From: Halodesulfurarchaeum sp.
GTDB lineage: Archaea; Halobacteriota; Halobacteria; Halobacteriales; Halobacteriaceae
Reading direction: 5' to 3'
NCBI GenBank assembly: GCA_042216015.1
Contig: JBDGUI010000031.1
Coordinates: forward strand, 1-18,161
Length of the DNA: 18,161 nt
Below the pieces are notes generated by a model. That model saw nothing but the letters and a program-made list of their open reading frames with translations. It made no database searches and was not told where the DNA came from. Shown here in pieces: positions 7,562-16,183 of this stretch. Both the position numbers and the translations under genes were made by a program. Every line of letters begins with the position of its first letter. Within the stretch, counting starts at the first letter, position 1.

Positions 7562-7720
7562 ATGAAGTGTCACTACTGTGGGCAAACCGCCGACGTCGTG
7601 GCCGAAACGGATGGCGTCCGGGTCGGACTCTGTGAGGACCACTTCAGGGAGCGGCTGAGCGAACTCTCCGAGACCTCCTTCGAAGCGCTCCGCGAGGAAC
7701 TGGACATCGACCGGGCCTGA
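7562..7720 (+). CDS. Small zinc-finger-like protein (52 aa), DUF6757-like
   Basis: Manual translation MKCHYCGQTADVVAETDGVRVGLCEDHFRERLSELSETSFEALREELDIDRA*, containing CxxC and CxxH. Fills the gap between the PHP gene and alaS. Confidence 0.75.
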   Translation: MKCHYCGQTADVVAETDGVRVGLCEDHFRERLSELSETSFEALREELDIDRA

Positions 7721-7732
7721 CCCAATTGCGTT

Positions 7733-10504
7733 TCAGGCCTCGACAGCCCCCTCGAGAAGCTCCGGCACCGCCTCGAGTGCGTCGTCGAGTTCGTCCACGT
7801 TCGGGCCGCCACCCTGCGCGAAGTCGGGGGGACCGCCGCCCCCGCCGCCGACTCGACGGGCCAACTCCGCGACCAGATTGCCGGCGTCGATCGGGGCCCC
7901 CTCCGGTGCGGCGACGACGAACTGTGCCCCGTCAACGCCGCTTCCCACGACGGCGACGGTTCCCTCCTCGCGGATCGCGTTCGCCGTGGCGCGGAGTTCG
8001 TCCATGTCGACCTCGAGGCGCTTGATCACGACCTCCCAGTCGCCGATTTCGACGCGTTTGCCCGTCGACTCCCCGGACGCACGTGCCTCGGCGAGTTGCT
8101 CTTTCAGCCGTTCGATCTGCTTGCCCCGTTCCTTCCACTCCTCGAAGAAGCGCGTCGCCGTTTCTGGCACCTCCTCCGGGGTGACGTCGAAGGTCTCCGC
8201 GGCGGCGTGCAGGTTCCGCTCGATGGACTGGACGTGTTCGACGGCGGCCTCGCCCGCGGCGAAGGTGAGGCGTTCGACGCCGTCCTGAACCCGCTCGGTC
8301 GAGCGGATCTTGATGGACCCGATCTCACCCGTGCGGGCGACGTGCGTGCCCCCGCAGGCCTGGACATCCTCACCGACGTGGATCAGCCGAATGTTCTGTC
8401 CGGCGGGAATGCCTCCCTGGTAGAGGTCGAACCCGTAGGTCTCCTCTGCCTCGTGGCGGTCCGGCCACTCCTGGTGGACGTGGAGGTCCGCCATCACCGT
8501 CTCGTTCGCCCGGCGCTCGATCTTCTCGACGGTCTCGCGATCCAGACGCTCGTAGTGCCTGATGTCGATCCGCGAGGAATGGACTCCCTTCTGGGCTCCG
8601 GCCTGTCTGACGTGTTCGCCAAGCACCGACCGGGCCGCGTCGATGACGACGTGGGTGGCCGTATGGTGGCGCATGAGTCGCCGTCGGCGCTCGACGTCGA
8701 TCTGTCCCGTCACGAACTCGCCCTTGCCCGGGTCGGCGTCGGTGTGATGCCGGATCACGCCGTCCTCGATCTGGACGTCTTTCACCTCGACGGTCATCTC
8801 GCCCGTGGAGAGGGTCCCCCGATCGGCCGGTTGACCCCCGCCCTCGGGGTAGAACATCGTCTGATCGAGGATCACGTCGTAGCCGTCCTCGTGCTCGAAG
8901 ACATCGAGGACGACCGCCTCGAACTCCGAGCGATAGGCGTCGTCGTAGTAAAGCCGCTCGGTCTCCGGGAGGTCGGCAAAGCGCTCGTCCTCGCTCGCTC
9001 GGGTCGTCTCGGACATGCCGGTGTCGTGTCGCTCGGCGACGAGGGCGTAGAAGTTATCCGGCACCGCGACGCGGACGTCGTACTCGGCGGCAATCTCCTC
9101 GACCATGTCCGGCTGGATGCCGTGGGAGTCATACAGTTCCACGAGAATCGAGGCGGGAATCGCCGTCCCCCGTTCGGCGTGTTCCTCGGCGATCTGGCGG
9201 ACCCGACGGCCCCCCCGTTCGAGGGTCTCCTCGTACTTCTCGACCTCCGAGTCGACGATGTCCCTGATCGTCTCTCTGTCCTCGTAGCCAAGCCGCTCGG
9301 CCTGCATGTCCACGAGTTCCGCGATTGGCGTCTCGACCCCGAGTTCGTCGACCAGTCGCTTGGTCCGGCGGAGCACCATCCGGGCCAGGTAGCCCGTCCC
9401 CACGTTCGACGGGACGATCCCGTCCCCGAACATGTACGCGAGCGTGCGGGCGTGGTCCGCGATGGCGTAGATGTCCTCGAGGGGCGAGACCAGTTCGTCG
9501 ATGTAGTCGACCTCGACCCCGAGTTCCGCGGCGATGGTCTCCCGGGCCTCGTCCACGTCCTCGGCCTCGTCGATGTCCAGTCGGCCCGAGAGTTTCGAGG
9601 CGCGGTGGATGAGTTCCTCCTCCTCCTCGCTCAGCTCGATCCCCGCGGCCTCCTCGAGAAACGCGATCATCTCGGGGTAGACCGCCTCGTAGACGGTCGG
9701 GGTGCCCTGGCTCACCCAGGTCCACCGCTCGAGGCCGTATCCGGTGTCCACGATGTAGGTGTCCATCGGGCTGTAGCGGTTGCCGTCTTTCAGTTCGTAC
9801 TCGCCCTCGGGGTCCTGTTCCATCGACATGAAGACCAGCGTGGCGAGTTCGGCCCCGCGATACAGCACCTCGAAGGCGGGCCCGGCGTTCCCGCCGCCGA
9901 CCCACGGGTCCTCGATGTAGGTGATCTCCTCGAGGTCGACGCCCATCTCCTCGAAGAAGGCATCACAGAGTTCGACGGTCTCGTCCTTCCAGTACACCTC
10001 GCCCTGGTAGGCGAGGTCCTCTGGGGCGTCCTCTCGGGCGTTGAATGCGTGGTGGGCCATCATCTCGAAGGCCATCGTGTGCCGCCCGGTCTTGCCCACG
10101 TTGTCGATGTCCTGCATCCGGATGCATGGCTGGCTGATCGTCAGCGGGTTGGCCGGCGGCGGGGCCTGCCCGCTCGTCACGAGGGGCTGGAAGTCGTAGA
10201 TCGATGCCTGGGTCAACAGGACATCGTCCCGCCAGCGGTTCGCCGCGACGGGATACGGGTCGATCCGCTCGTGGTCGTGGGCCTCGAAGAAGGAGAGAAA
10301 CGCCTCGCGCATCTCCTCGAGGGTGTACTCCCGGTCGAGGCTGGGCGTATCGATGAACTCGTACTCATCACACGGGGGTTCCCCACAGGTCTCCCGCGAC
10401 TCGTCTCGAGTCCAGAAGTGTGCACCGCATTCGGCACACTGCGTTCGGACGAACCCCTCCTCCTCGAAGTATTCGAGGCGGTAGGCGTCCTCGAGGTCGC
10501 TCAT
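7733..10504 (-). CDS. alaS: Alanine--tRNA ligase, archaeal type
   Basis: 923 aa with N-terminal [45 protein letters not shown], editing-site HHTATH and CGGTH, and C-terminal GGGGG..AQGGG. TTTTA at 10534-10530. Confidence 0.98.
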   Translation of the reverse strand: MSDLEDAYRLEYFEEEGFVRTQCAECGAHFWTRDESRETCGEPPCDEYEFIDTPSLDREYTLEEMREAFLSFFEAHDHERIDPYPVAANRWRDDVLLTQASIYDFQPLVTSGQAPPPANPLTISQPCIRMQDIDNVGKTGRHTMAFEMMAHHAFNAREDAPEDLAYQGEVYWKDETVELCDAFFEEMGVDLEEITYIEDPWVGGGNAGPAFEVLYRGAELATLVFMSMEQDPEGEYELKDGNRYSPMDTYIVDTGYGLERWTWVSQGTPTVYEAVYPEMIAFLEEAAGIELSEEEEELIHRASKLSGRLDIDEAEDVDEARETIAAELGVEVDYIDELVSPLEDIYAIADHARTLAYMFGDGIVPSNVGTGYLARMVLRRTKRLVDELGVETPIAELVDMQAERLGYEDRETIRDIVDSEVEKYEETLERGGRRVRQIAEEHAERGTAIPASILVELYDSHGIQPDMVEEIAAEYDVRVAVPDNFYALVAERHDTGMSETTRASEDERFADLPETERLYYDDAYRSEFEAVVLDVFEHEDGYDVILDQTMFYPEGGGQPADRGTLSTGEMTVEVKDVQIEDGVIRHHTDADPGKGEFVTGQIDVERRRRLMRHHTATHVVIDAARSVLGEHVRQAGAQKGVHSSRIDIRHYERLDRETVEKIERRANETVMADLHVHQEWPDRHEAEETYGFDLYQGGIPAGQNIRLIHVGEDVQACGGTHVARTGEIGSIKIRSTERVQDGVERLTFAAGEAAVEHVQSIERNLHAAAETFDVTPEEVPETATRFFEEWKERGKQIERLKEQLAEARASGESTGKRVEIGDWEVVIKRLEVDMDELRATANAIREEGTVAVVGSGVDGAQFVVAAPEGAPIDAGNLVAELARRVGGGGGGPPDFAQGGGPNVDELDDALEAVPELLEGAVEA

Positions 10505-10573
10505 TGCAGGGTAGTGGCCGATGCGGGGCTAAAACAGTTCCGGGACTGGCGAGGGTGGGCAGAATCGCGCCAC

Positions 10574-11548
10574 TCAGTCGTCCTCGGCGGCGAGGGCCAC
10601 CGAGGCGAGAAGCGCCTCGAGCTGGACCTGCTCGTTTGCCCCCTCGCTGATCCGGTAATCGGCCTCGCCGAGCCGGTCCATGAGGTGGACCGCTGCCTCA
10701 TCGTCGAGGTCGAACTCCCAGACCGACCGGTGGAGCTGGTCGATGATGTCCCCGCCCGCGAGGCCGCGCTCGGTGATCAGATCGACGAGGTGGGCTCGCG
10801 CGCCCGTGAAGTCCCCGGAAAGCGCCCGTTCGATCATCTCCTCGATTTCCTCGGGCCGGGCGGTGCTCGTGATCGCATAGACGCTCTCCTCGTCCACGAC
10901 CCCGCCCGCCGCTGCGGCGGCCTGGAGGGCGTTGATCGCCCGGCGCATGTCCCCGTCGGCCGCGTAGGCCAGCGCGTCGAGCCCCTCTTCGGTGTACTCG
11001 AGTCCCTCCGTCTCGGCAATCGAACGGATCCGTTCGATCACGTCCTCGTCGGCGATCGGCGAGAACCGAAAGACCGCGGTGCGGGACTGGATCGGGTCGA
11101 TGATCTTCGAGGAGTAATTACAGGAGAGGATGAAGCGGGTGTTCTTCGAGAACTGCTCCATCGTCCGGCGCAGGGCGGACTGGGCGTCGGACGTCAACGC
11201 GTCTGCCTCGTCGAGGAAGATGATTCGGTAGTTGTACCCGCCAAAGGAGGTCCGGGCGAAGTCCTTGATCCGCTCGCGGACCACGTCGATCCCCCGCTCG
11301 TCGGAGGCGTTGAGTTCGAGGAAGTTCTCCTGCCAGTCCTCGCCGTAGAGTTCCTTCGCGATGGCCTGAGACGTGGCCGTCTTTCCCGTGCCCGCTGGCC
11401 CCGCAAAGAGAAGGTGGGGCAGATCGTCGCGCTCGACGTAACTTTTCACCCGCGAGATGATGGCCTCGTGCCCGACGACGTCGTCCAGGCGCTCGGGTCG
11501 GTACTTCTCGACCCAGATCTCCTGGCGCCCGGCCGCGGAAGCTGTCAT
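10574..11548 (-). CDS. rfcS: Replication factor C small subunit (no intein)
   Basis: WVEKYRP, Walker [18 protein letters not shown], Walker [14 protein letters not shown] and IQSR. Start ATG 11548 with TTTAAG at 11578-11573. Confidence 0.96.
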   Translation of the reverse strand: MTASAAGRQEIWVEKYRPERLDDVVGHEAIISRVKSYVERDDLPHLLFAGPAGTGKTATSQAIAKELYGEDWQENFLELNASDERGIDVVRERIKDFARTSFGGYNYRIIFLDEADALTSDAQSALRRTMEQFSKNTRFILSCNYSSKIIDPIQSRTAVFRFSPIADEDVIERIRSIAETEGLEYTEEGLDALAYAADGDMRRAINALQAAAAAGGVVDEESVYAITSTARPEEIEEMIERALSGDFTGARAHLVDLITERGLAGGDIIDQLHRSVWEFDLDDEAAVHLMDRLGEADYRISEGANEQVQLEALLASVALAAEDD

Positions 11549-11588
11549 GGTTGACGGGAGGCACGTCCCGGCCTTAAAGTCCCCGAGA

Positions 11589-11639
11589 CGCCCCCTCGTC
11601 GCCCGCAAATCGCCCCCTCGTCGCCCGCAAATCGCCCCC
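11589..11639. repeat. 22-bp perfect tandem repeat, about 2.3 copies
   Basis: cgccccctcgtcgcccgcaaat at 11589-11610 and 11611-11632, then cgccccc at 11633-11639. Confidence 0.9.
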
Positions 11640-11745
11640 GAGATGGCGTCCCTCGCGGTCGAAATCAACGGCGGGCCAAGCCCTCGACCGCACTGACACG
11701 TTATGTCAGTGAATATTTATTAGCTACTCGAACGAATTGCGTGCC

Positions 11746-12879
11746 ATGAACGCGCCGTCTCTGAGAACGCGGTCCGCAGTCCTCGCATTCGTCGTCCTCC
11801 TCGTGCTCGCCTCGGGAGCGGCCGTCGCCGGATCGGCCGGCAGTGGCATGAGCGCCACCACGATGACCGGCAGTGCCGTCGTGGCCGAGGGTGAAACCGT
11901 CACCGGCCTCGACGTGATGGCGGGAACGGTGGTCGTCCGGGGCACCGTCGCGGGCGATCTGAACGGCTTCGCTGGCGACGTCGTCGTCACCGAATCGGGC
12001 GCGGTCGAGGGTGACGTGAGCGTCGCGACGGGCTCGTTGCGGATCGCCGGGACCGTCGACGGTCGCGTCTCGGCCGGAGCGGGCGTCGTCATGCTGACCC
12101 GAACGGGCAGCGTCGGAGGTGACTTCTCGGTCGGGGCAGGAACGGTAACCGTCGATGGCACCGTCGGCGGGGACGCGACCATCGGCGCGGACACGATCGT
12201 GCTCGGCTCTGCCTCCCGGATCGGGGGCGAACTCCGTTACGACGGGGAACTCTCCCGGGAATCCGGAGCCGCCGTCGCGGGTCCGGTCGTCCAGGATCGC
12301 TCCATCGGCGGCTTCGGTCCCGTCAGGATGTCCGGCCACTTATTCCCCTCCTTCGGGTGGGGTTGGCTTTACGCCATTTACGGACTCCTCGCCAACCTCC
12401 TCCTCGGCGCGGTGCTCCTCCTCGCCCTTCCCGACTTCTCGAATCGGGTGGCCGACCGAGCGACCGGGTCGATCGGCTGGTCCGGTCTCTTCGGGCTGCT
12501 CGCTCTGGTCGGCGTGCCGATATCGCTCGCCCTCGTTGCCGTGACGATCGTGGGCATCCCCCTCGCCATCCTGGGGCTGTTCGGCTACCTCTTCGTCCTC
12601 TGGATGGGCGTCGTTTACGGCGAGTACGCGGTCGGTCGCTGGCTCCTCGGTCAGCGGAGCGAGGAGCCGAACCGGTGGTACGCGCTTGGTCTCGGGCTAT
12701 TGCTGTTCGCCGGACTCGGGACGATTCCGATCGTCGGGGGACTGTTCGTCCTGGGGGCGCTCCTGCTTGGTCTCGGCGCGCTCACCGGCGGCCTCCGGGT
12801 GGCCTACCGCCGCCGTCGCGGCTCGGGGGCGAGCCCGACGACGGCCAGCGAGGGCTCGGAATCGACGACTCCGGCCTGA
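11746..12879 (+). CDS. Bactofilin-like (polymer-forming cytoskeletal) protein with N-terminal signal/TM segment and C-terminal multi-pass membrane domain
   Basis: Repeated GxVxGD(L/V/F)...AGxVx(V/I)xG beta-helix motifs, a hydrophobic N-terminus, several C-terminal hydrophobic helices and a basic RRRR tail. TTTATT at 11716-11721 before ATG 11746. Confidence 0.8.
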   Translation: MNAPSLRTRSAVLAFVVLLVLASGAAVAGSAGSGMSATTMTGSAVVAEGETVTGLDVMAGTVVVRGTVAGDLNGFAGDVVVTESGAVEGDVSVATGSLRIAGTVDGRVSAGAGVVMLTRTGSVGGDFSVGAGTVTVDGTVGGDATIGADTIVLGSASRIGGELRYDGELSRESGAAVAGPVVQDRSIGGFGPVRMSGHLFPSFGWGWLYAIYGLLANLLLGAVLLLALPDFSNRVADRATGSIGWSGLFGLLALVGVPISLALVAVTIVGIPLAILGLFGYLFVLWMGVVYGEYAVGRWLLGQRSEEPNRWYALGLGLLLFAGLGTIPIVGGLFVLGALLLGLGALTGGLRVAYRRRRGSGASPTTASEGSESTTPA

Positions 12880-12955
12880 GTCCCGCCCCAGCCGTCCGTG
12901 TTTCGGCCCGCTGCGACACGCTCATGCCCGTCGAGGTGGTAGCGGCGACCGACCA

Positions 12956-13153
12956 ATGCGCGTGACCGTCGACATCGTCGGCGACCGACGCGAGGAGGTC
13001 ACCGTCGAGGAGGCGACCTACGGCGACCTCCTCGCAGCGGTGAACCTGAGCCCCCACGAGGCAAGCGTCTTCGTCGACGGTCGCCCGAAACCCGCCGACG
13101 AGCCGGTCACCGAATCGGCGGTGCAGGTCGTTCGGCTGGTCCAGGGCGGATGA
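12956..13153 (+). CDS. samp2: Ubiquitin-like small archaeal modifier protein 2 (65 aa)
   Basis: MRVTVDIVG...TYGDLL..V.LSPHE..V.VDGRP.P...VVRLVQGG* ending in di-Gly. Located near rfcS and followed by a GNAT gene, as recalled for Haloferax. Confidence 0.9.
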   Translation: MRVTVDIVGDRREEVTVEEATYGDLLAAVNLSPHEASVFVDGRPKPADEPVTESAVQVVRLVQGG

Positions 13154-13551
13154 TCGTCGAGAAAGCCGGTCCCGACGACCTCGCGGCGATCATGAACGTC
13201 TTCGACGGAGCGGATCTCGAGGTGGGGGCCGAGACGGTCGGGGAACACGCCGACCGTGGAACGGTGCTCGTGGCCCGGTCGGAGGGCGGGACGGTCCTCG
13301 CGGCCCTCGTCGGTCGTCCTCGCGAACGGGACGTTCGAATCGAACCGATCGCGGTGCGGCCGGGGCGGCGTGGTCAGGGGATCGGGACGGCGTTGATTCG
13401 GGAGGCGGGAGCGCGGTGGGGTCGACTGACGGCCAGTTTCGAGAGGGAACTGGCGCCATTTTATCGGCAGGCCGGCTTCGACGTCGAGTGCGAGGATCGC
13501 TGCCGGGGTCGAAGGGAGCCGGGGCCGTCGTTCGCTGGTGGTTCGCGGTAG
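13150..13551 (+). CDS. GNAT family N-acetyltransferase
   Basis: Acetyl-CoA motif IAVRPGRRGQGIGTALI and PFYRQAGF. ATGA overlap with samp2. Confidence 0.85.
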   Translation: MIVEKAGPDDLAAIMNVFDGADLEVGAETVGEHADRGTVLVARSEGGTVLAALVGRPRERDVRIEPIAVRPGRRGQGIGTALIREAGARWGRLTASFERELAPFYRQAGFDVECEDRCRGRREPGPSFAGGSR

Positions 13552-13604
13552 TGTCCCGACGGTGGCGGCCCGAGACATCTGCTCCAGACTGCAGACCGGA
13601 ATCC

Positions 13605-13640
13605 TTTTCATTCATATGGCCATTTGCACATATATGAAAA
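13605..13640 (+). promoter_or_regulatory. AT-rich promoter with nested inverted repeats, candidate ArsR operator
   Basis: TTCATAT (13611-13617) pairs with ATATGAA (13632-13638); TTTTCAT (13605-13611) pairs with ATGAAAA (13634-13640). Spans the TATA-like box to the start codon. Confidence 0.5.
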
Positions 13641-14011
13641 TGGACGCGGCGTCGAAATCCGAAACGGGCGATGGGACGGGGACAGGATCCCCGGACGAGC
13701 CGTGCTGCACCGCCGTCGGACACGACCTCTCGGAGGCGAGAATCGAGCGGGACGTCTCCCTGCTCGACGCGATGGGAACCGGGACGCGATACACCGTCCT
13801 TCGGCTCATTGCGGGGGCCGACGGACCGGTCTGTGCCTGCGACCTCGCCCCCGAACTCGATGTCGACCAGAGCACGGCCAGTCGGGCGCTGAAAGCACTC
13901 TTCGAGGCCGGGCTCCTCGACCGCCGGAAGGACGGTCGCTGGCGCTACTACTCGACGACGGAACAGGCGGAGCGACTGCTTTCGGCCCTCGACTCGCTCG
14001 GGGGTGAGTGA
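13634..14011 (+). CDS. arsR: ArsR/SmtB family metalloregulator
   Basis: TRYTVLRLI, VCACDL, QSTASRALKAL and RKDGRWRYY winged HTH, plus N-terminal PCC. Start 13634 or 13640. Directly upstream of arsM. Confidence 0.9.
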   Translation: MKMDAASKSETGDGTGTGSPDEPCCTAVGHDLSEARIERDVSLLDAMGTGTRYTVLRLIAGADGPVCACDLAPELDVDQSTASRALKALFEAGLLDRRKDGRWRYYSTTEQAERLLSALDSLGGE

Positions 14012-14013
14012 TC

Positions 14014-14904
14014 ATGACCCAGGACTCCGCCGCCGATCGAGACGAGCAGGCCTCGCCCGAGCCCACCGAAACCCGAAAGGCGGTCCGGGAACGGTATGGC
14101 TCGATCGCGGTCGAGGACGGCTCGACGGTCGAACGGGAGGGCGAGGCCACGGGCGACGACGGGGGGTGCTGTGGCAGTTCTGCGACTTCGGCGACCGAAT
14201 CGTCCTGCTGTGGGACCAGCGCTACGGACTCCTTCAGCGAAACCCTCGGCTACGATCCATCAAGTCTCGATTCGCTTCCGGACGGGGCGAATCTCGGACT
14301 CGGCTGTGGCAACCCGACGGCGATTGCCGAGCTAACGCCCGGGGAAACCGTCCTGGATCTGGGGTCGGGTGCCGGGTTCGACTGTTTTCTCGCCGCAAGG
14401 GAGGTCGGCCCGGCGGGTCACGTCATCGGCGTGGACATGACCCCGGAGATGGTCGAGCGCGCCAGACGGAACGCCGACCGAGCGGATATCGAGTACGTGG
14501 ATTTCCGGCTCGGGGAGATCGAACACCTGCCGGTCGCCGACCGCTCGGTCGATGCGATCATCTCGAATTGCGTCCTCAACCTCTCTCCTACGAAGGACCG
14601 TGTCTTCGCGGAGGCCTATCGGGTCCTGAAACCCGGAGGCAGACTGGCGATCTCCGACATCGCGATGACCGAACGGGGCAAGGCGGAACTCGAGCCCTCG
14701 GATCTGGAGCACTACGCGAGCTGTATCTCGGGCGCGGCGACGATCGATCGACTGGAGGGACTCCTCGCCCGGGCGGGCTTCGAGTCCGTGACGGTCCGTC
14801 CGAAGGACGATAGCGAGGAGATCATCGACGCGATGTACGACGAAAGCGAGGCGATATCCCTCCTGCATTCGGTCCTCATTCGGGGTCGGAAGCCGGAGGC
14901 CTAA
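14014..14904 (+). CDS. arsM: Arsenite S-adenosylmethionine methyltransferase
   Basis: [44 protein letters not shown] and ASCISGA. SD-like GGGGTGA at 14001-14007 favours ATG 14014; GTG 14008 is an alternative. Confidence 0.92.
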   Translation: MTQDSAADRDEQASPEPTETRKAVRERYGSIAVEDGSTVEREGEATGDDGGCCGSSATSATESSCCGTSATDSFSETLGYDPSSLDSLPDGANLGLGCGNPTAIAELTPGETVLDLGSGAGFDCFLAAREVGPAGHVIGVDMTPEMVERARRNADRADIEYVDFRLGEIEHLPVADRSVDAIISNCVLNLSPTKDRVFAEAYRVLKPGGRLAISDIAMTERGKAELEPSDLEHYASCISGAATIDRLEGLLARAGFESVTVRPKDDSEEIIDAMYDESEAISLLHSVLIRGRKPEA

Positions 14905-14940
14905 CCGGCAGATGCGGGCTCGGCCGCCACCCCAAACCAA

Positions 14941-15504
14941 TCACTCGGCGGTCTCGGCTGTCTGCTGGGTCCATCGCTTCTCCACGTCGCGGTTGGCGAT
15001 CACGACGAGGTCTCCCTCCTCGTTCCGAATGCGGGTCTTTCGCAGGTCGATTTGTTCGATGGTCCCCGTGACCGAGGCCGCCTCGACGGAGTCGCCGATG
15101 TTGAAATCGGGATCCTTGAGGAGGTAGACCCCGGCCACCGTGTCTGCGATCATCTCCTTCAACGCGAAGGCGACACCCAGCGCGATGAACCCGGTTGCGG
15201 TTCCGAGGCTGGCCGCCACCTCTCCCATTCCAAGGATTTTCAGGAGGACGAGTAGCGTCCCGAACCACAGGAGCCCGCCGATCACGACCAACGCGAGGTC
15301 GACGATCATGTCCTGTTCGGCGGGGTAGGCACGGTCGAGCACCCCTCGGAGGATCGAGAGGGACATCCTGATCCCGAGGTATGCCACGCCGAGAAACACG
15401 AGCCCGGAGAGCATTCGCGGCAGCGCCTCGAGCATCGATCGAAGCAATTCGGCGAACACCCCGACGAGCAGTCCGGAAAGCGCGGGCGAGGCCTGGAGGA
15501 TCAT
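14941..15504 (-). CDS. Short MscS-family mechanosensitive channel domain protein
   Basis: TM helices, then GFIALGVAFALKEMIADTVAG, FNIGDSV, GTIEQIDLRKTRI and VVIANR. TTTAA at 15534-15530. Confidence 0.85.
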   Translation of the reverse strand: MILQASPALSGLLVGVFAELLRSMLEALPRMLSGLVFLGVAYLGIRMSLSILRGVLDRAYPAEQDMIVDLALVVIGGLLWFGTLLVLLKILGMGEVAASLGTATGFIALGVAFALKEMIADTVAGVYLLKDPDFNIGDSVEAASVTGTIEQIDLRKTRIRNEEGDLVVIANRDVEKRWTQQTAETAE

Positions 15505-15628
15505 ACCCGAACGTCCGTCGAGACGCGGCTTAAACCTGGGTGCCGTGGAGGGCGAGTAGCCCGCCCCGGACGTATTCGGCCCTCGCCGCCGGAAGGGTTA
15601 CGGGCCGTCGACGGGTTGGTCGAGAGCG

Positions 15629-16072
15629 ATGCGAGTCAGCGTCATCGGTGGCGGGAACGTGGATCGAGAGACCTCCGAGGTGGCCACCTCGCTCGGGCGG
15701 CAACTCGGGGACCGGGGACACGAGGTGGTCTGTGGCGGCCTGACGGGGGTGATGGAGGCGGTCGCCCGCGGCATGGAGGAGGTCGGAGGCCGGACGATCG
15801 GCATTCTCCCGGGCGAGGACCCGAATGCGGCCAACCCCTTCGTCGACGTGCCGATCGCGACCGGGATGGGATCGGCCCGGAACGTGCTCGTCGTCAAAAA
15901 CGGCACGGCGGCCATCGCCGTAGACGGCGCCACGGGCACGCTTTCGGAGATCGCCCACGCACTCGACATGGGCCGGCCGGTCGCCGGTCTCGACACCCAC
16001 GCTATCGACGGCGTCGAGGCGGTCGAGACGCCGGCTGAAGCCGTCTCGTACGTCGAACGAGCGGTCGACTGA
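15629..16072 (+). CDS. TIGR00725 family (LOG/SLOG-like nucleotide-binding) protein
   Basis: VSVIGG, VCGGLTGVMEA, TIGILPG, TGMGSARN and GATGTLSEI motifs. Confidence 0.88.
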   Translation: MRVSVIGGGNVDRETSEVATSLGRQLGDRGHEVVCGGLTGVMEAVARGMEEVGGRTIGILPGEDPNAANPFVDVPIATGMGSARNVLVVKNGTAAIAVDGATGTLSEIAHALDMGRPVAGLDTHAIDGVEAVETPAEAVSYVERAVD

Positions 16073-16183
16073 GTGCTCGACTCTCACGCCGGCTTTCCGC
16101 GAAACCTGCCGATACCGTCGAATTTCTCAGTGAGCGTCGCCGATTGGCAAAGTTCCAACTCACTGGAATTGAACTCTGCTAGC

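Noticed and set aside
10574..11548. Possible intein in the RFC small subunit
   Set aside because: The 324-aa sequence is continuous through Walker A and the other motifs; no insertion.
8096..11554. 1152-aa plus-strand ORF, and similar long antisense ORFs at 2701-3630, 3973-4863 and 16614-18101
   Set aside because: Antisense shadows of alaS/rfcS and other genes caused by high-GC codon bias; no motifs and non-halophilic composition.
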